The translations under genes were made by a program, and so were the position numbers. The notes beneath the pieces are model-generated. The model ran no database searches. It worked only from the letters and a program-made list of their open reading frames with translations, and was not told where the DNA came from. From the NCBI GenBank assembly GCA_046861655.1, contig JBHIAI010000044.1, positions 1 to 13,596 on the forward strand: a stretch of 13,596 bases of DNA, given 5' to 3'. Shown here in pieces: positions 1 through 8,100 of this stretch (position 1 is its first letter; each line of letters starts with the position of its first letter). This DNA comes from Fidelibacterota bacterium. GTDB lineage: Bacteria; Fidelibacterota; Marinisomatia; Marinisomatales; S15-B10.

Positions 1-30
1 GGAAGGACCTGTCTGGGGGTGTTGTGTCAT
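1..30 (-). CDS. Possible start of the next downstream gene (MTQHPQTGPS...)
   Basis: Seen: ATG at 30-28 with AGAGG about 9 nt upstream, open to the window edge. Only 10 codons, so it cannot be identified. Confidence 0.3.
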   Translation of the reverse strand, partial: MTQHPQTGPS

Positions 31-62
31 CGGTGCGGCCTCTGGGTTAGGGGAACGGGGGA

Positions 63-782
63 TTATCTCTTGAAGGTGAAATCTACCCTCCTGGTTTCAT
101 CCTTTTCGATGGTCACGGTGGCGGTCCGGGATCCCAGCTTTTCGTGCCAGGCCTCCACCGTGTAGGTTCCTGGCTCCAGATCTGAGATGGTGTAGACGCC
201 GTCCTTTTCTGTCACATCGAAAAATGGATGATCCGTCACAGCGATGAATCCCCCCATCCATGGGTGAACGTCGCACTTGATGGGAAACACGTCTTCCGCA
301 AACTCAAAGGAACGGGTAGTCTCCTTGAGAAACTTTGGCATGGTGACGTTGAACTCGTCGTTGACGTTGGGAAGAGCGTGGAGGTTGTGAAGGACACCGT
401 CGGAATTCAGGAACTTTAGAGGCTGACCCACCATCAGACCGAGAACGTGGGGTTCGTACCTGCAGCCGTCCTGATTAAGAACGACGGGCTCTTCAGGAAC
501 CTCCCATTCCTTATCCGGTAATCCTCTGGAGATCTGTACAAAGATGTTGGCCATGGTGCTCCCCTCCCCCAACACCAGAGCTTCTGAGCGGGCGGGATAG
601 GCCTCAGGATCCTGTTCGTGCTTCATGACACAGACCGGTTCAATGGCCATGTCAAACGATCTCAGTTTGGGTATTTTCCCTTCATAGCGGACGGTTCCGC
701 TCACTGCCCCGCCTGCGGTCAGGCACGTGAGGTATCCAAACAAAAGGGTCGCCCCTATGCCGGCTGACAAAGATCGATTCAT
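63..782 (-). CDS. Exported cupredoxin-like protein with C-terminal carboxypeptidase-regulatory-like beta-sandwich (paralog 2)
   Basis: Seen: 239-aa ORF, AGGAG RBS, N-terminal signal peptide, and HNLH...CDVHPWM, matching the H...C-x2-H-x2-M type-1 copper ligand pattern. C-terminal 'DGVYTISDLEPGTYTVEAWHE' is typical of carboxypeptidase-regulatory-like domains. Clear paralog of 4425..5159. Copper binding is inferred. Confidence 0.8.
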   Translation of the reverse strand: MNRSLSAGIGATLLFGYLTCLTAGGAVSGTVRYEGKIPKLRSFDMAIEPVCVMKHEQDPEAYPARSEALVLGEGSTMANIFVQISRGLPDKEWEVPEEPVVLNQDGCRYEPHVLGLMVGQPLKFLNSDGVLHNLHALPNVNDEFNVTMPKFLKETTRSFEFAEDVFPIKCDVHPWMGGFIAVTDHPFFDVTEKDGVYTISDLEPGTYTVEAWHEKLGSRTATVTIEKDETRRVDFTFKR

Positions 783-826
783 GTTTTCTCCTGCTTTATG
801 AAGGAACGGAAGTCCCCCGGTTCTGG

Positions 827-1336
827 CTACATACCTCCCATGGCCATCATGGTTTCCAGTTCCACATCTCCGCTCTGGGTAATGGCGACGCCAGTTGCGG
901 TTGCCGCGTCCATGGTGATCATATTGTCATCGTTCTCATCGTAATAACCGATCAGGTGGGCATCACTGGCGTCATAGGCCATCTGACTGGTCTCGAAAAC
1001 TCCCACGTAGTACGTTCCCTTCGGAAGGTCTCCCAGATGGACTTCTTCCGTCCCGCTGAGAGTGTCCGGGGCGTTGGGATTCAGGGTTTTCCCCATGAAC
1101 ATCCCGTCTGCCGCGTTGCTGGCCGGGCTCCCCGAAGGACCACTGCTCCAGTTGGACGAGTCCCAGGCGTAGGCCATGACCATGGTGGCGTCTTCTTTCA
1201 TACTGGTGTAATTCATGAACATGACGGACACATGGACTTCTCCCATGATTTCCTCTTCCTCTTCCTCCTGGGCACAGGCGGTGAATCCTGCGGCTACCAT
1301 GATCAGGATGCTCCATACGACGGCTTTCTTATTCAT
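827..1336 (-). CDS. Met-rich acidic lipoprotein of unknown function
   Basis: Seen: 169 aa, AGGAGG RBS, MNKK + hydrophobic stretch + FTA-C lipobox-like site (Cys21), poly-Glu linker, 17 Met. No family recognised. Confidence 0.75.
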   Translation of the reverse strand: MNKKAVVWSILIMVAAGFTACAQEEEEEEIMGEVHVSVMFMNYTSMKEDATMVMAYAWDSSNWSSGPSGSPASNAADGMFMGKTLNPNAPDTLSGTEEVHLGDLPKGTYYVGVFETSQMAYDASDAHLIGYYDENDDNMITMDAATATGVAITQSGDVELETMMAMGGM

Positions 1337-1376
1337 TACCCTTTGCCTCCTCGTTGCGGTTAGTTTCTTAAGTTAT

Positions 1377-2120
1377 TTAGCGGGGTGCATTCTTCCCGGG
1401 GTTGATGAATTCATGAAGCAAGAAATTCACCAGGTCCCAGATCTGATCTTCCGTGAGGGTCCCTTCCACCGCCGGCATGGCACTTCCGGTCAGACCGGTG
1501 GACAGGGTTCGGTAGATATCTTGCGGTTCGGACCCGCCGATGAAAAGCCACGGCCTCGAAAGGTCAGGGGGAACGATCTTTTCTCCCCAGGTATCCTTGA
1601 GGGAGGGGGTGCTGGGTCCGTCTGCGTGGCCGCCTACTCCATGACACTTCCAGCATTCCATGGCCATGTACCATTCCCGCCCCGCGGCGACACTTTCGGG
1701 GGTGGGAGCTTTCCGGGGAGGCAGGGGTAAAACCCTGGCCCTTTTCTGGCGGGCGAACTTTGTGGGAGCGAAGGTTTTGATGTACTGGATAACCGCCTTT
1801 TTGTGATCGGTGGGCAGATTGGACCAGGCCGGCATGGCGTTGTCCTGTCCCATTCCCCGGCCCAGGGTCCTGTGAAGGTCACTGTCCAGAGGGACCTGAC
1901 CCGAGGACGTCGACCGTACCTTGAACTTGCCGTCGGTGAAATTCCGGGGTTTCACAGACAGGTTACCGGCCACGGGACCGTCTCCCTTTCCTGAGACACC
2001 GTGACACACGGCACAACTCTCCACATAGATCTTCCGCCCCTTTTTGAGGACGTCCTCATCCTGACTGCCAGCAAAAGAGGCCGCAACTCCCAGCAGGAGA
2101 ACGACAAAACGTTTGCCCAC
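1377..2120 (-). CDS. Periplasmic diheme class I cytochrome c
   Basis: Seen: CAVCH and CWKCH, each followed by G-x-x-G-x-x-DGP and a distal AMP motif (His/Met ligation inferred). Start moved from the ORF-track 2213 to GTG at 2120: GGAGGT RBS just upstream, signal peptide follows, and the overlap with the upstream gene disappears (247 aa). Confidence 0.88.
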   Translation of the reverse strand: MGKRFVVLLLGVAASFAGSQDEDVLKKGRKIYVESCAVCHGVSGKGDGPVAGNLSVKPRNFTDGKFKVRSTSSGQVPLDSDLHRTLGRGMGQDNAMPAWSNLPTDHKKAVIQYIKTFAPTKFARQKRARVLPLPPRKAPTPESVAAGREWYMAMECWKCHGVGGHADGPSTPSLKDTWGEKIVPPDLSRPWLFIGGSEPQDIYRTLSTGLTGSAMPAVEGTLTEDQIWDLVNFLLHEFINPGKNAPR

Positions 2121-2137
2121 CCCGTTACCTCCGCTCG

Positions 2138-3781
2138 TTAGAATGCGAACATCACCATGAACATGAACCAGCTGGAATCGATACTGACCACCCTGCCCAT
2201 TCCGGCCACCCATTCTGGATTGTACATATTGGGAGGCGGCTCAGGGAAACCAAACAGATTGTCCTGATTCCCGTACTCCACCACAACCGTCACCGGTTGA
2301 TAGTTGAGATGCCACCTAAAACCCACCACATACCGGGAGTAACCGTTTTCGGGTCCCGAATCCACATTCCCCGTCATCATCCGGGGCATGGGATCACCGA
2401 AGAAGTATTCGTTCCCGTCGTATTCCCACGAGGCGGAACCGGCTTCCCTGATGAATTGACCCTCTACAGGATCGCCCCACTGGTTATTCACGGTAACCCA
2501 ATCGTAGCGGGTGATGAAATAGAGTTTGGTGGGAACGACGACTACATCCGCACCGATGAAGCCCCCCGAATAGTCGAAGGGCCTGTCCAGCCACTCATCT
2601 ACACTGGCGGTCCTGGCCAGGCCATGGCCGTGATCGCCTTCTTCCTTCCCTCCCCCCGCCAGATACGGAAGATTGAGGTTGGTCATATCGATATCCTCGT
2701 CATGACCTACCACGTACTGGCCGTAGAGGTTAATGGGGTACCCCAGATACAGGGGACCCAGGGTGAAGTCGGGCAGCTTCAGGTCTACAGAAGCGTCCAC
2801 CCCCCAGCGATAGAAGGTGGAATTCTCTTTGTCGATGTGAACGTTGATATCGAATTCGTTTTTCCAGTAATCGATCATGCCATCGGTGGGATAGGGATTC
2901 CCCGAAAGATCCCTCAAGTTCTGGCGCCCATAGTACACCAGGCCTCCCACCCTGGCTGTTTTGATCAACCCGTCAAACATCCTTCCCACGGCCAGACGGC
3001 CGTACACATCAAACTCCACGTTGGTATCGAACTGGGCGTTGGTCCCGTTCACCAGAGCCAGTTCGTACCGGAGCCAGTTCAGGCCCAGGTGGGAAAGTCC
3101 GTTGAAGGCCACCCCGACCTGGGGGGACGACAGCCGAAAGGACCCCTTGACCCCACGGATATCGTATACCTCATACGGTGAAAGGGCGGAGCTCAACCTT
3201 CTTATGGATGAAAAAGGAAGTTCCAGTTCAAAAGACCCGAATTTCAGATTGGCCACGCCTGTGCGGGAATTGAAGATGTTATTCAGCTGGAAAAAGGCAA
3301 AATCCCAGTGGGCATGGGAGGGGGAGCCGAAGCGGCCCGCTTCCACCTCCAGTTCCTGCTCAATGCCCAGGGAAGTCATGAAGGAAAGGTGTTTGCCCAG
3401 GGTGCCACCGAACCAGACATGGCCCCCCATGTCCCTGAACGACCGGACGCTGTAGGTCTTGCCCGGCGGCAGGCCCGGAGGCGGGGTGGCACCGTCCATC
3501 CGGTTGTGAATCTTCCTGTCAACAAACATCTCGTGAAGCATGGCAGCCACCGGCACCTTGTGAAGGGTCCAGGCCGGGGTATCCTCAACCGTACCGGGAA
3601 GTTGATACCCGTTCGCCCGGAACCATTCCCCGAATTGATTGAGCTTCGGTTCAGAAACGTGGCAGGTCTGACACGGCTTTCCGTATTTCCTGGCAAACGA
3701 GGGAATCCCGGATGCCATTCCGGGAATCAGAGCAAACAATAACATGACCACAACGGTCGTCCGGAGGGTGAATCCATTCAT
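2138..3781 (-). CDS. Cyc2-like fused monoheme cytochrome c / outer-membrane beta-barrel porin
   Basis: Seen: signal peptide, then IPSFARKYGKPCQTCHVSEPKLNQFGEWFRANGY, matching the Cyc2-family N-terminal signature PxFAR[QK][TY]GxxCxxCH-x3-PxL...GY. The rest has alternating amphipathic beta-strands and ends in Phe (MFAF, BAM signal). GGAGGAGG RBS. Confidence 0.82.
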   Translation of the reverse strand: MNGFTLRTTVVVMLLFALIPGMASGIPSFARKYGKPCQTCHVSEPKLNQFGEWFRANGYQLPGTVEDTPAWTLHKVPVAAMLHEMFVDRKIHNRMDGATPPPGLPPGKTYSVRSFRDMGGHVWFGGTLGKHLSFMTSLGIEQELEVEAGRFGSPSHAHWDFAFFQLNNIFNSRTGVANLKFGSFELELPFSSIRRLSSALSPYEVYDIRGVKGSFRLSSPQVGVAFNGLSHLGLNWLRYELALVNGTNAQFDTNVEFDVYGRLAVGRMFDGLIKTARVGGLVYYGRQNLRDLSGNPYPTDGMIDYWKNEFDINVHIDKENSTFYRWGVDASVDLKLPDFTLGPLYLGYPINLYGQYVVGHDEDIDMTNLNLPYLAGGGKEEGDHGHGLARTASVDEWLDRPFDYSGGFIGADVVVVPTKLYFITRYDWVTVNNQWGDPVEGQFIREAGSASWEYDGNEYFFGDPMPRMMTGNVDSGPENGYSRYVVGFRWHLNYQPVTVVVEYGNQDNLFGFPEPPPNMYNPEWVAGMGRVVSIDSSWFMFMVMFAF

Positions 3782-3813
3782 GGTGACCAGTATCCTCCTC
3801 CCATCCCCCGCGG

Positions 3814-4260
3814 TTATCCCGTGGAAACTGTACCCCTCTCAACAGGATGTATGGAAATGCCTTCGAAATGCTGACGGTCAAGGATGGTCTGGATCTCAGA
3901 CTGGATCCGTCCCATGGTCTTGATGATGGGACCGCAAAGACTCAAGCGACCGCAATTTTCGAAGTCTTCGGAGAGGCACTCCACCATTCGAAGGGGACCG
4001 TCGATGGCCTCGATGACATCCCGGAAGGTGGTTTCTCGTGGCGGTTTCCTCAAGGAATACCCACCCTTGACCCCCCGCTCTGAGACCAGAATACCGGCCC
4101 GGGTCATTTTCTGGAGGATCTGAGAAAGGAATTCTCTTGGAAGGTTCAGGTCTTTGGCCATCTGGGATTTGCTTCTCATGTTTCGGTGTCCCGCCGGGCT
4201 TTGAGAAGCGAGATAAGCCACGGTCAGGATAGCATAGTCTGCCGCTTTACTGAGGTACAA
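3814..4260 (-). CDS. Rrf2-family transcriptional regulator (Fe-S binding, NsrR/IscR-related)
   Basis: Seen: TTG start with AAGGGGGG RBS, N-terminal LSKAADYAI, HTH 'PREFLSQILQKM', wing 'SERGVKGGY', 'DVIEAIDG', and Cys95-x7-Cys103-x5-Cys109. Confidence 0.93.
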   Translation of the reverse strand: MYLSKAADYAILTVAYLASQSPAGHRNMRSKSQMAKDLNLPREFLSQILQKMTRAGILVSERGVKGGYSLRKPPRETTFRDVIEAIDGPLRMVECLSEDFENCGRLSLCGPIIKTMGRIQSEIQTILDRQHFEGISIHPVERGTVSTG

Positions 4261-4288
4261 GGCTAAACCCCCCTTGGCATCGGAGGCT

Positions 4289-4317
4289 AAGTTAACGGCT
4301 CAGAAAAGCTGAGTCAA
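4289..4317 (-). promoter_or_regulatory. Putative sigma70 promoter for the rrf2-cyc2-like unit
   Basis: Seen on minus strand: TTGACT (4317-4312), 17-bp spacer, TAACTT (4294-4289), ending 28 nt before the TTG start. Confidence 0.65.
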
Positions 4318-4321
4318 GGAA

Positions 4322-4346
4322 AAAGTGGACTAAAATGGTACACTTT
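4322..4346. promoter_or_regulatory. Putative Rrf2 operator (25-bp imperfect palindrome)
   Basis: Seen: AAAGTGGAC-taaaatg-GTACACTTT, 9-bp arms with one mismatch, AT-rich within GC-rich DNA, 4 bp upstream of the -35 box. By hand it matches 19/25 positions of the E. coli IscR type-1 consensus ATASYYGACTRWWWYAGTCRRSTAT, recalled from memory. Confidence 0.65.
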
Positions 4347-4424
4347 AGAATCCTCTTATCAGGTTGGGCAGAGTGGGTGAAGTCCTAGAAGGAGATCGCG
4401 GCCCTTCGGGCCCGTCGCCGCCTA

Positions 4425-5159
4425 CTACTTTTTCTTCTTCGGTCTTTCCGGCCGCTTGAGGGTAAAATCGACGGACACCGTTTCCCCTTCCTTGATGGTT
4501 ACGGTGGCAGTCTGAGGGGGCAGCTTTTCATGCCAGGTCTTCAGGGTATAGGTTCCCGGGGAGAGGTTGGGAATTTCGAAGGAACCGTCCGCGGAGGTGA
4601 CGGCAAAAAACGGGTGATTGACCACACCCACGAAGGCGCCCATCCAGGGGTGGACATCGCACTTGATCCTCACCATGATTTCGGGGACTTCAAATACCTT
4701 GGTAATCTTCTTTCTCGCCGCCGGCATGGCCTCATTGAATCTGTCATTCCCCGGTTCCTTGGGGAGGGCGTGAACGTTGTGAAGGGTGCCGTCGCTGTTC
4801 AGGATGTCGATGGGTTGTCCGGCCTGAACCCCCAGGACATGAGGACGGTACACACACCCCTCTTGATTGATCGTAGCGGGCTCCTCCGGGATGGGAAATG
4901 AAGTATCGACCAGACCCGAATCCACAAAGACGAAGACATTCTTGAGTTCTCCGTTTTCTCCGGCAAGGAGCCATTCCGTACGGACGGGCTCCTCCTGTTT
5001 CATTTCGCAGACGGGATCGGACCCCATCCGTATGGGTTTCATCCGGGGAACAGGTCCGTCATACACCACCGTGCCCGTTACTTTCCCTGTTGCGTACAGG
5101 AAGCTTCCGGTCAACACAAGAACGAGACATGTGGCCGCTGCCGAATGATTAGTCGTCAT
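4425..5159 (-). CDS. Exported cupredoxin-like protein with carboxypeptidase-regulatory-like domain (paralog 1)
   Basis: Seen: 244 aa, AAGGAGG RBS, signal peptide, HNVH...CDVHPWM, 'DGSFEIPNLSPGTYTLKTWHE', basic tail, tandem TAG TAG stops. Confidence 0.8.
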   Translation of the reverse strand: MTTNHSAAATCLVLVLTGSFLYATGKVTGTVVYDGPVPRMKPIRMGSDPVCEMKQEEPVRTEWLLAGENGELKNVFVFVDSGLVDTSFPIPEEPATINQEGCVYRPHVLGVQAGQPIDILNSDGTLHNVHALPKEPGNDRFNEAMPAARKKITKVFEVPEIMVRIKCDVHPWMGAFVGVVNHPFFAVTSADGSFEIPNLSPGTYTLKTWHEKLPPQTATVTIKEGETVSVDFTLKRPERPKKKK

Positions 5160-5198
5160 GGTATTCCTCCTTCATGATAGAAACCAGCGGGATTCTCA

Positions 5199-8100
5199 CT
5201 ATTCCTCCCAGTCCTCCCACTCTTCCCATTCTTCCTCTTCCACCTTGAAGAACTGGTATCCGTGTTCGTCAAAATAATCGGTTACCTCTTTGGTGATATC
5301 CGTTTTGCCCGGAAGGGAAAACACGTAGTCGGCCAGCCCCCAAAGCATGGCTTCTGGATTTCCCTTCAGGCTCAGAACGGCTCTTCCAAAAATCTCCGAT
5401 GCATCGGAAGCCTCCAGGTCCCGATCTGTGGGGACATAGGGTTTGGGCATCCTGGTGTCGGGCATGATGGCCTGGGGATCGCGGAGGAAGTCCACCACCC
5501 ATTCCGGGCGAAGCCTGTTCCTGGTCATGGCCAGGTTGGGGCCCCAGCTCTCGGGTTTTCCCAGAGGAAACGTGCTGCCGTAGAAATGGCAGTTGCTGCA
5601 AGCACCCATTTCATGGAGTTTCTCTCCGGCATGGTACCGGATCGACTGTACGTCCACGGTGTGGGGCGATTCGTAGGCATTCACTTCATCCTCAAGGAAC
5701 TGGAAATACTTGATGATGGAGTTCCATTCGTCATCGGACAGATGAAACGTGGGCATCCTTACCCGAAGGCTGGGCCGGATGATGGTCGGATGCTTGAAAA
5801 AGTCGAACAACCAGCCGGGCTGGGTCCTGGCTCCCTGGGTATGGAGGTTTGGGGGACTGAAATCGACGGACACCTCTTCCGCCTCCGCCGGATCCATGTC
5901 GTTCGTCTCCACCAGCCACTCTGTTATGGTGGGACGAACGGCCCCTCCGTCACCTTCTATGATATGGCATCCCTGACAATTGTACTCCCGCACCAGCCAC
6001 TGGCCCTGATGGACGTCGGGATTCTGCGACCGTATGGGTTTTACGCCGTAGGATGTCTTCACAAATCCCAGGAGGGCCGTCACAATGGCGTCGGCTTCTG
6101 TGTCGGTAAACTCAAAGTTGGGCATTCTGAGTTTCTCGTAGGGCCGTTTTACCTTGTTCCTGTCGAAGCTCCGGGGATGCTTCAACTTATGTTTGAACCA
6201 GGACTGCCGGGTATGGTCAATGTCGAGCAGCCCGAAGTCCAGCTTCTCTACGGCCTTGCTTCCCTCCTCAGTCAATTCGGTCCCGATGGGCTTTTCTTCT
6301 TCAAACCCGGGGATGTTGTGGCAGCCGTAGCATCCGTAGAAACGGAGCAGCTTTTCCCCCGCATAGTCGAGTTTTTCCTCAAGATTCATGCCGGAAAGCC
6401 TCTGCCGGGAGTCGTAATCGCTGAACATGTTCGAAAGGAAATTCAACACCACTTCGTCGATCACATCTTCTCTCAGTTCGGGGATTTCCTGCTGGAGGAA
6501 TTCCTCCCGGGGGGGCAACGACATGAGATAGGCCGTAATGTCAGCGGTCTCTCGGTCGGTCAGCCTTAGATTGGGCATTTTCGTCCGGGGAAAATACCGC
6601 TCCGGTTCTTTCAACCAGTTATACACCCACCGGGCGTTGGACTTGCTGGCGAGGCCGATTAGATTGGGACCGTGGTCCCGCCGCAGGGACTGGAGGGAGG
6701 TCTTCTCGCTGGTGGGCTCCGCTTCAATCCTGTGACACCCCATACATCCCAGGGAATGGGTAAGGTCCCGGCCTCGCTGGATATCTCCTTTCACCGGTAT
6801 GGGTTCCAGAGGAAAGTCCCCGCTGTTGTCGAACAGATAATGGACGATGGCATGGATCTCGTTATTGGTTCGAGTCACAGAGGCCGAGTCGCTGGTGTTC
6901 GCCAGACCGAAAAACCGGGGCATCCAGGTATTGTGCCGGAACAGTTTGGGATTCCTGATCCACAGGTAGGCCCAGTCCCTGGAAACCTTCGAAGCGATCT
7001 TGTTCAGATCCGGACCTATGCGGCGTTTGTCCTTGTACCGCTCGATGGTGTGGCACCCGAAACATCCCGCCCGCTCGATAAGGTTCGTTCCCAGATTCAG
7101 CCTATCCGCCCCCCGGACGAAGATCTCCTCGGAGTGGCACTTGAAACAGCCGGCTTCCGCATACTTCACAGGGAACATGGGATCGTCCCAGTGGTGCATC
7201 TCGTGCCACTCATACCGGACGGACCATTCTTCCTCTTCTTCCGGTGAATCGGGCGTATGGGCCGAGGTGATGAAGTCCGTGCCCCTTCCCCTGCCTCCGT
7301 GGCAGCTGGTACATCCGAATTGCTGGACCGGATGGGGCGAACCGGTGGCCAGGAACAGTTCAAGATCGGGATGGGTGGTGAACGGTTGGGGTGCGTCCTC
7401 GAACCCGGGCTTGGCGATGCCCAGATGACAGGTGGTGCACCGGTCCACCTTGGGAACCTGGGCAAAATTCAGATCCTGGGTGATGTCATTCAGGATGATC
7501 TGGTCAATCTTGTAGTAGGGATTCAGGAAATCGAGTACGGGCAGGTCCCGCACCAGGCTCGCGATTCGATTCGCGAAGGTCATGGAGGAGGGGTCGATGG
7601 TTTTCAGTTTCCGGATCAGCAGGTCAACGTCCCGGTTCAGCCGGGAAAAGGAATCCCTGGCGGTATGGACCTCCCGTCGCATGGACCGAATGCTTTGAAG
7701 TTTTTCGTCCAGTTTCCGTTTTGCCTCCTCCATAGCCAGACGCCGTTCGTGGGTTTCGGTTTCCAGCCGCTGCAGGTTTTCCCTGGCCTCAAGAGTATCC
7801 ACGTGGGCCCCTGCCACGGCCTCCTCATAGGCATATTTGGCGGCGTCGTACTTGGCCTTGGTGAAACTGTGTTCCTGTTGAGCCTTGTAATGCCGGGCTT
7901 CCAGCTTCGACGCCTCTTTCTCCAGGGTTTTCAAATCCCCTTCTCTCTCTTCCAGGTCTTTCCTGGCGGCGGACAACCTTTTTTTCACCTGCTGGTAATC
8001 CTCCCGGGCCGACAGGCGTTGGATCTCCCCGTTGAGCTCCCCCGCTGTATGGGCAATTTCCAGCTGGCGGAATTGACGCTGGTAGCTCTTCCACGGCCGG

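Noticed and set aside
63..782. Carboxypeptidase or TonB-dependent receptor annotation for the two paralogs
   Set aside because: Only the small beta-sandwich is shared. No peptidase catalytic domain or barrel is present.
2121..2213. ORF-track N-terminal extension of the diheme cytochrome
   Set aside because: It overlaps the porin gene's 3' end. GTG at 2120 has a strong RBS and is followed by a signal peptide.
4397..4422. GC hairpin GGCCC-TTC-GGGCC after the bc operon as an intrinsic terminator
   Set aside because: Short stem and no convincing U-tract on the minus strand. Read-through into the rrf2 unit remains possible.
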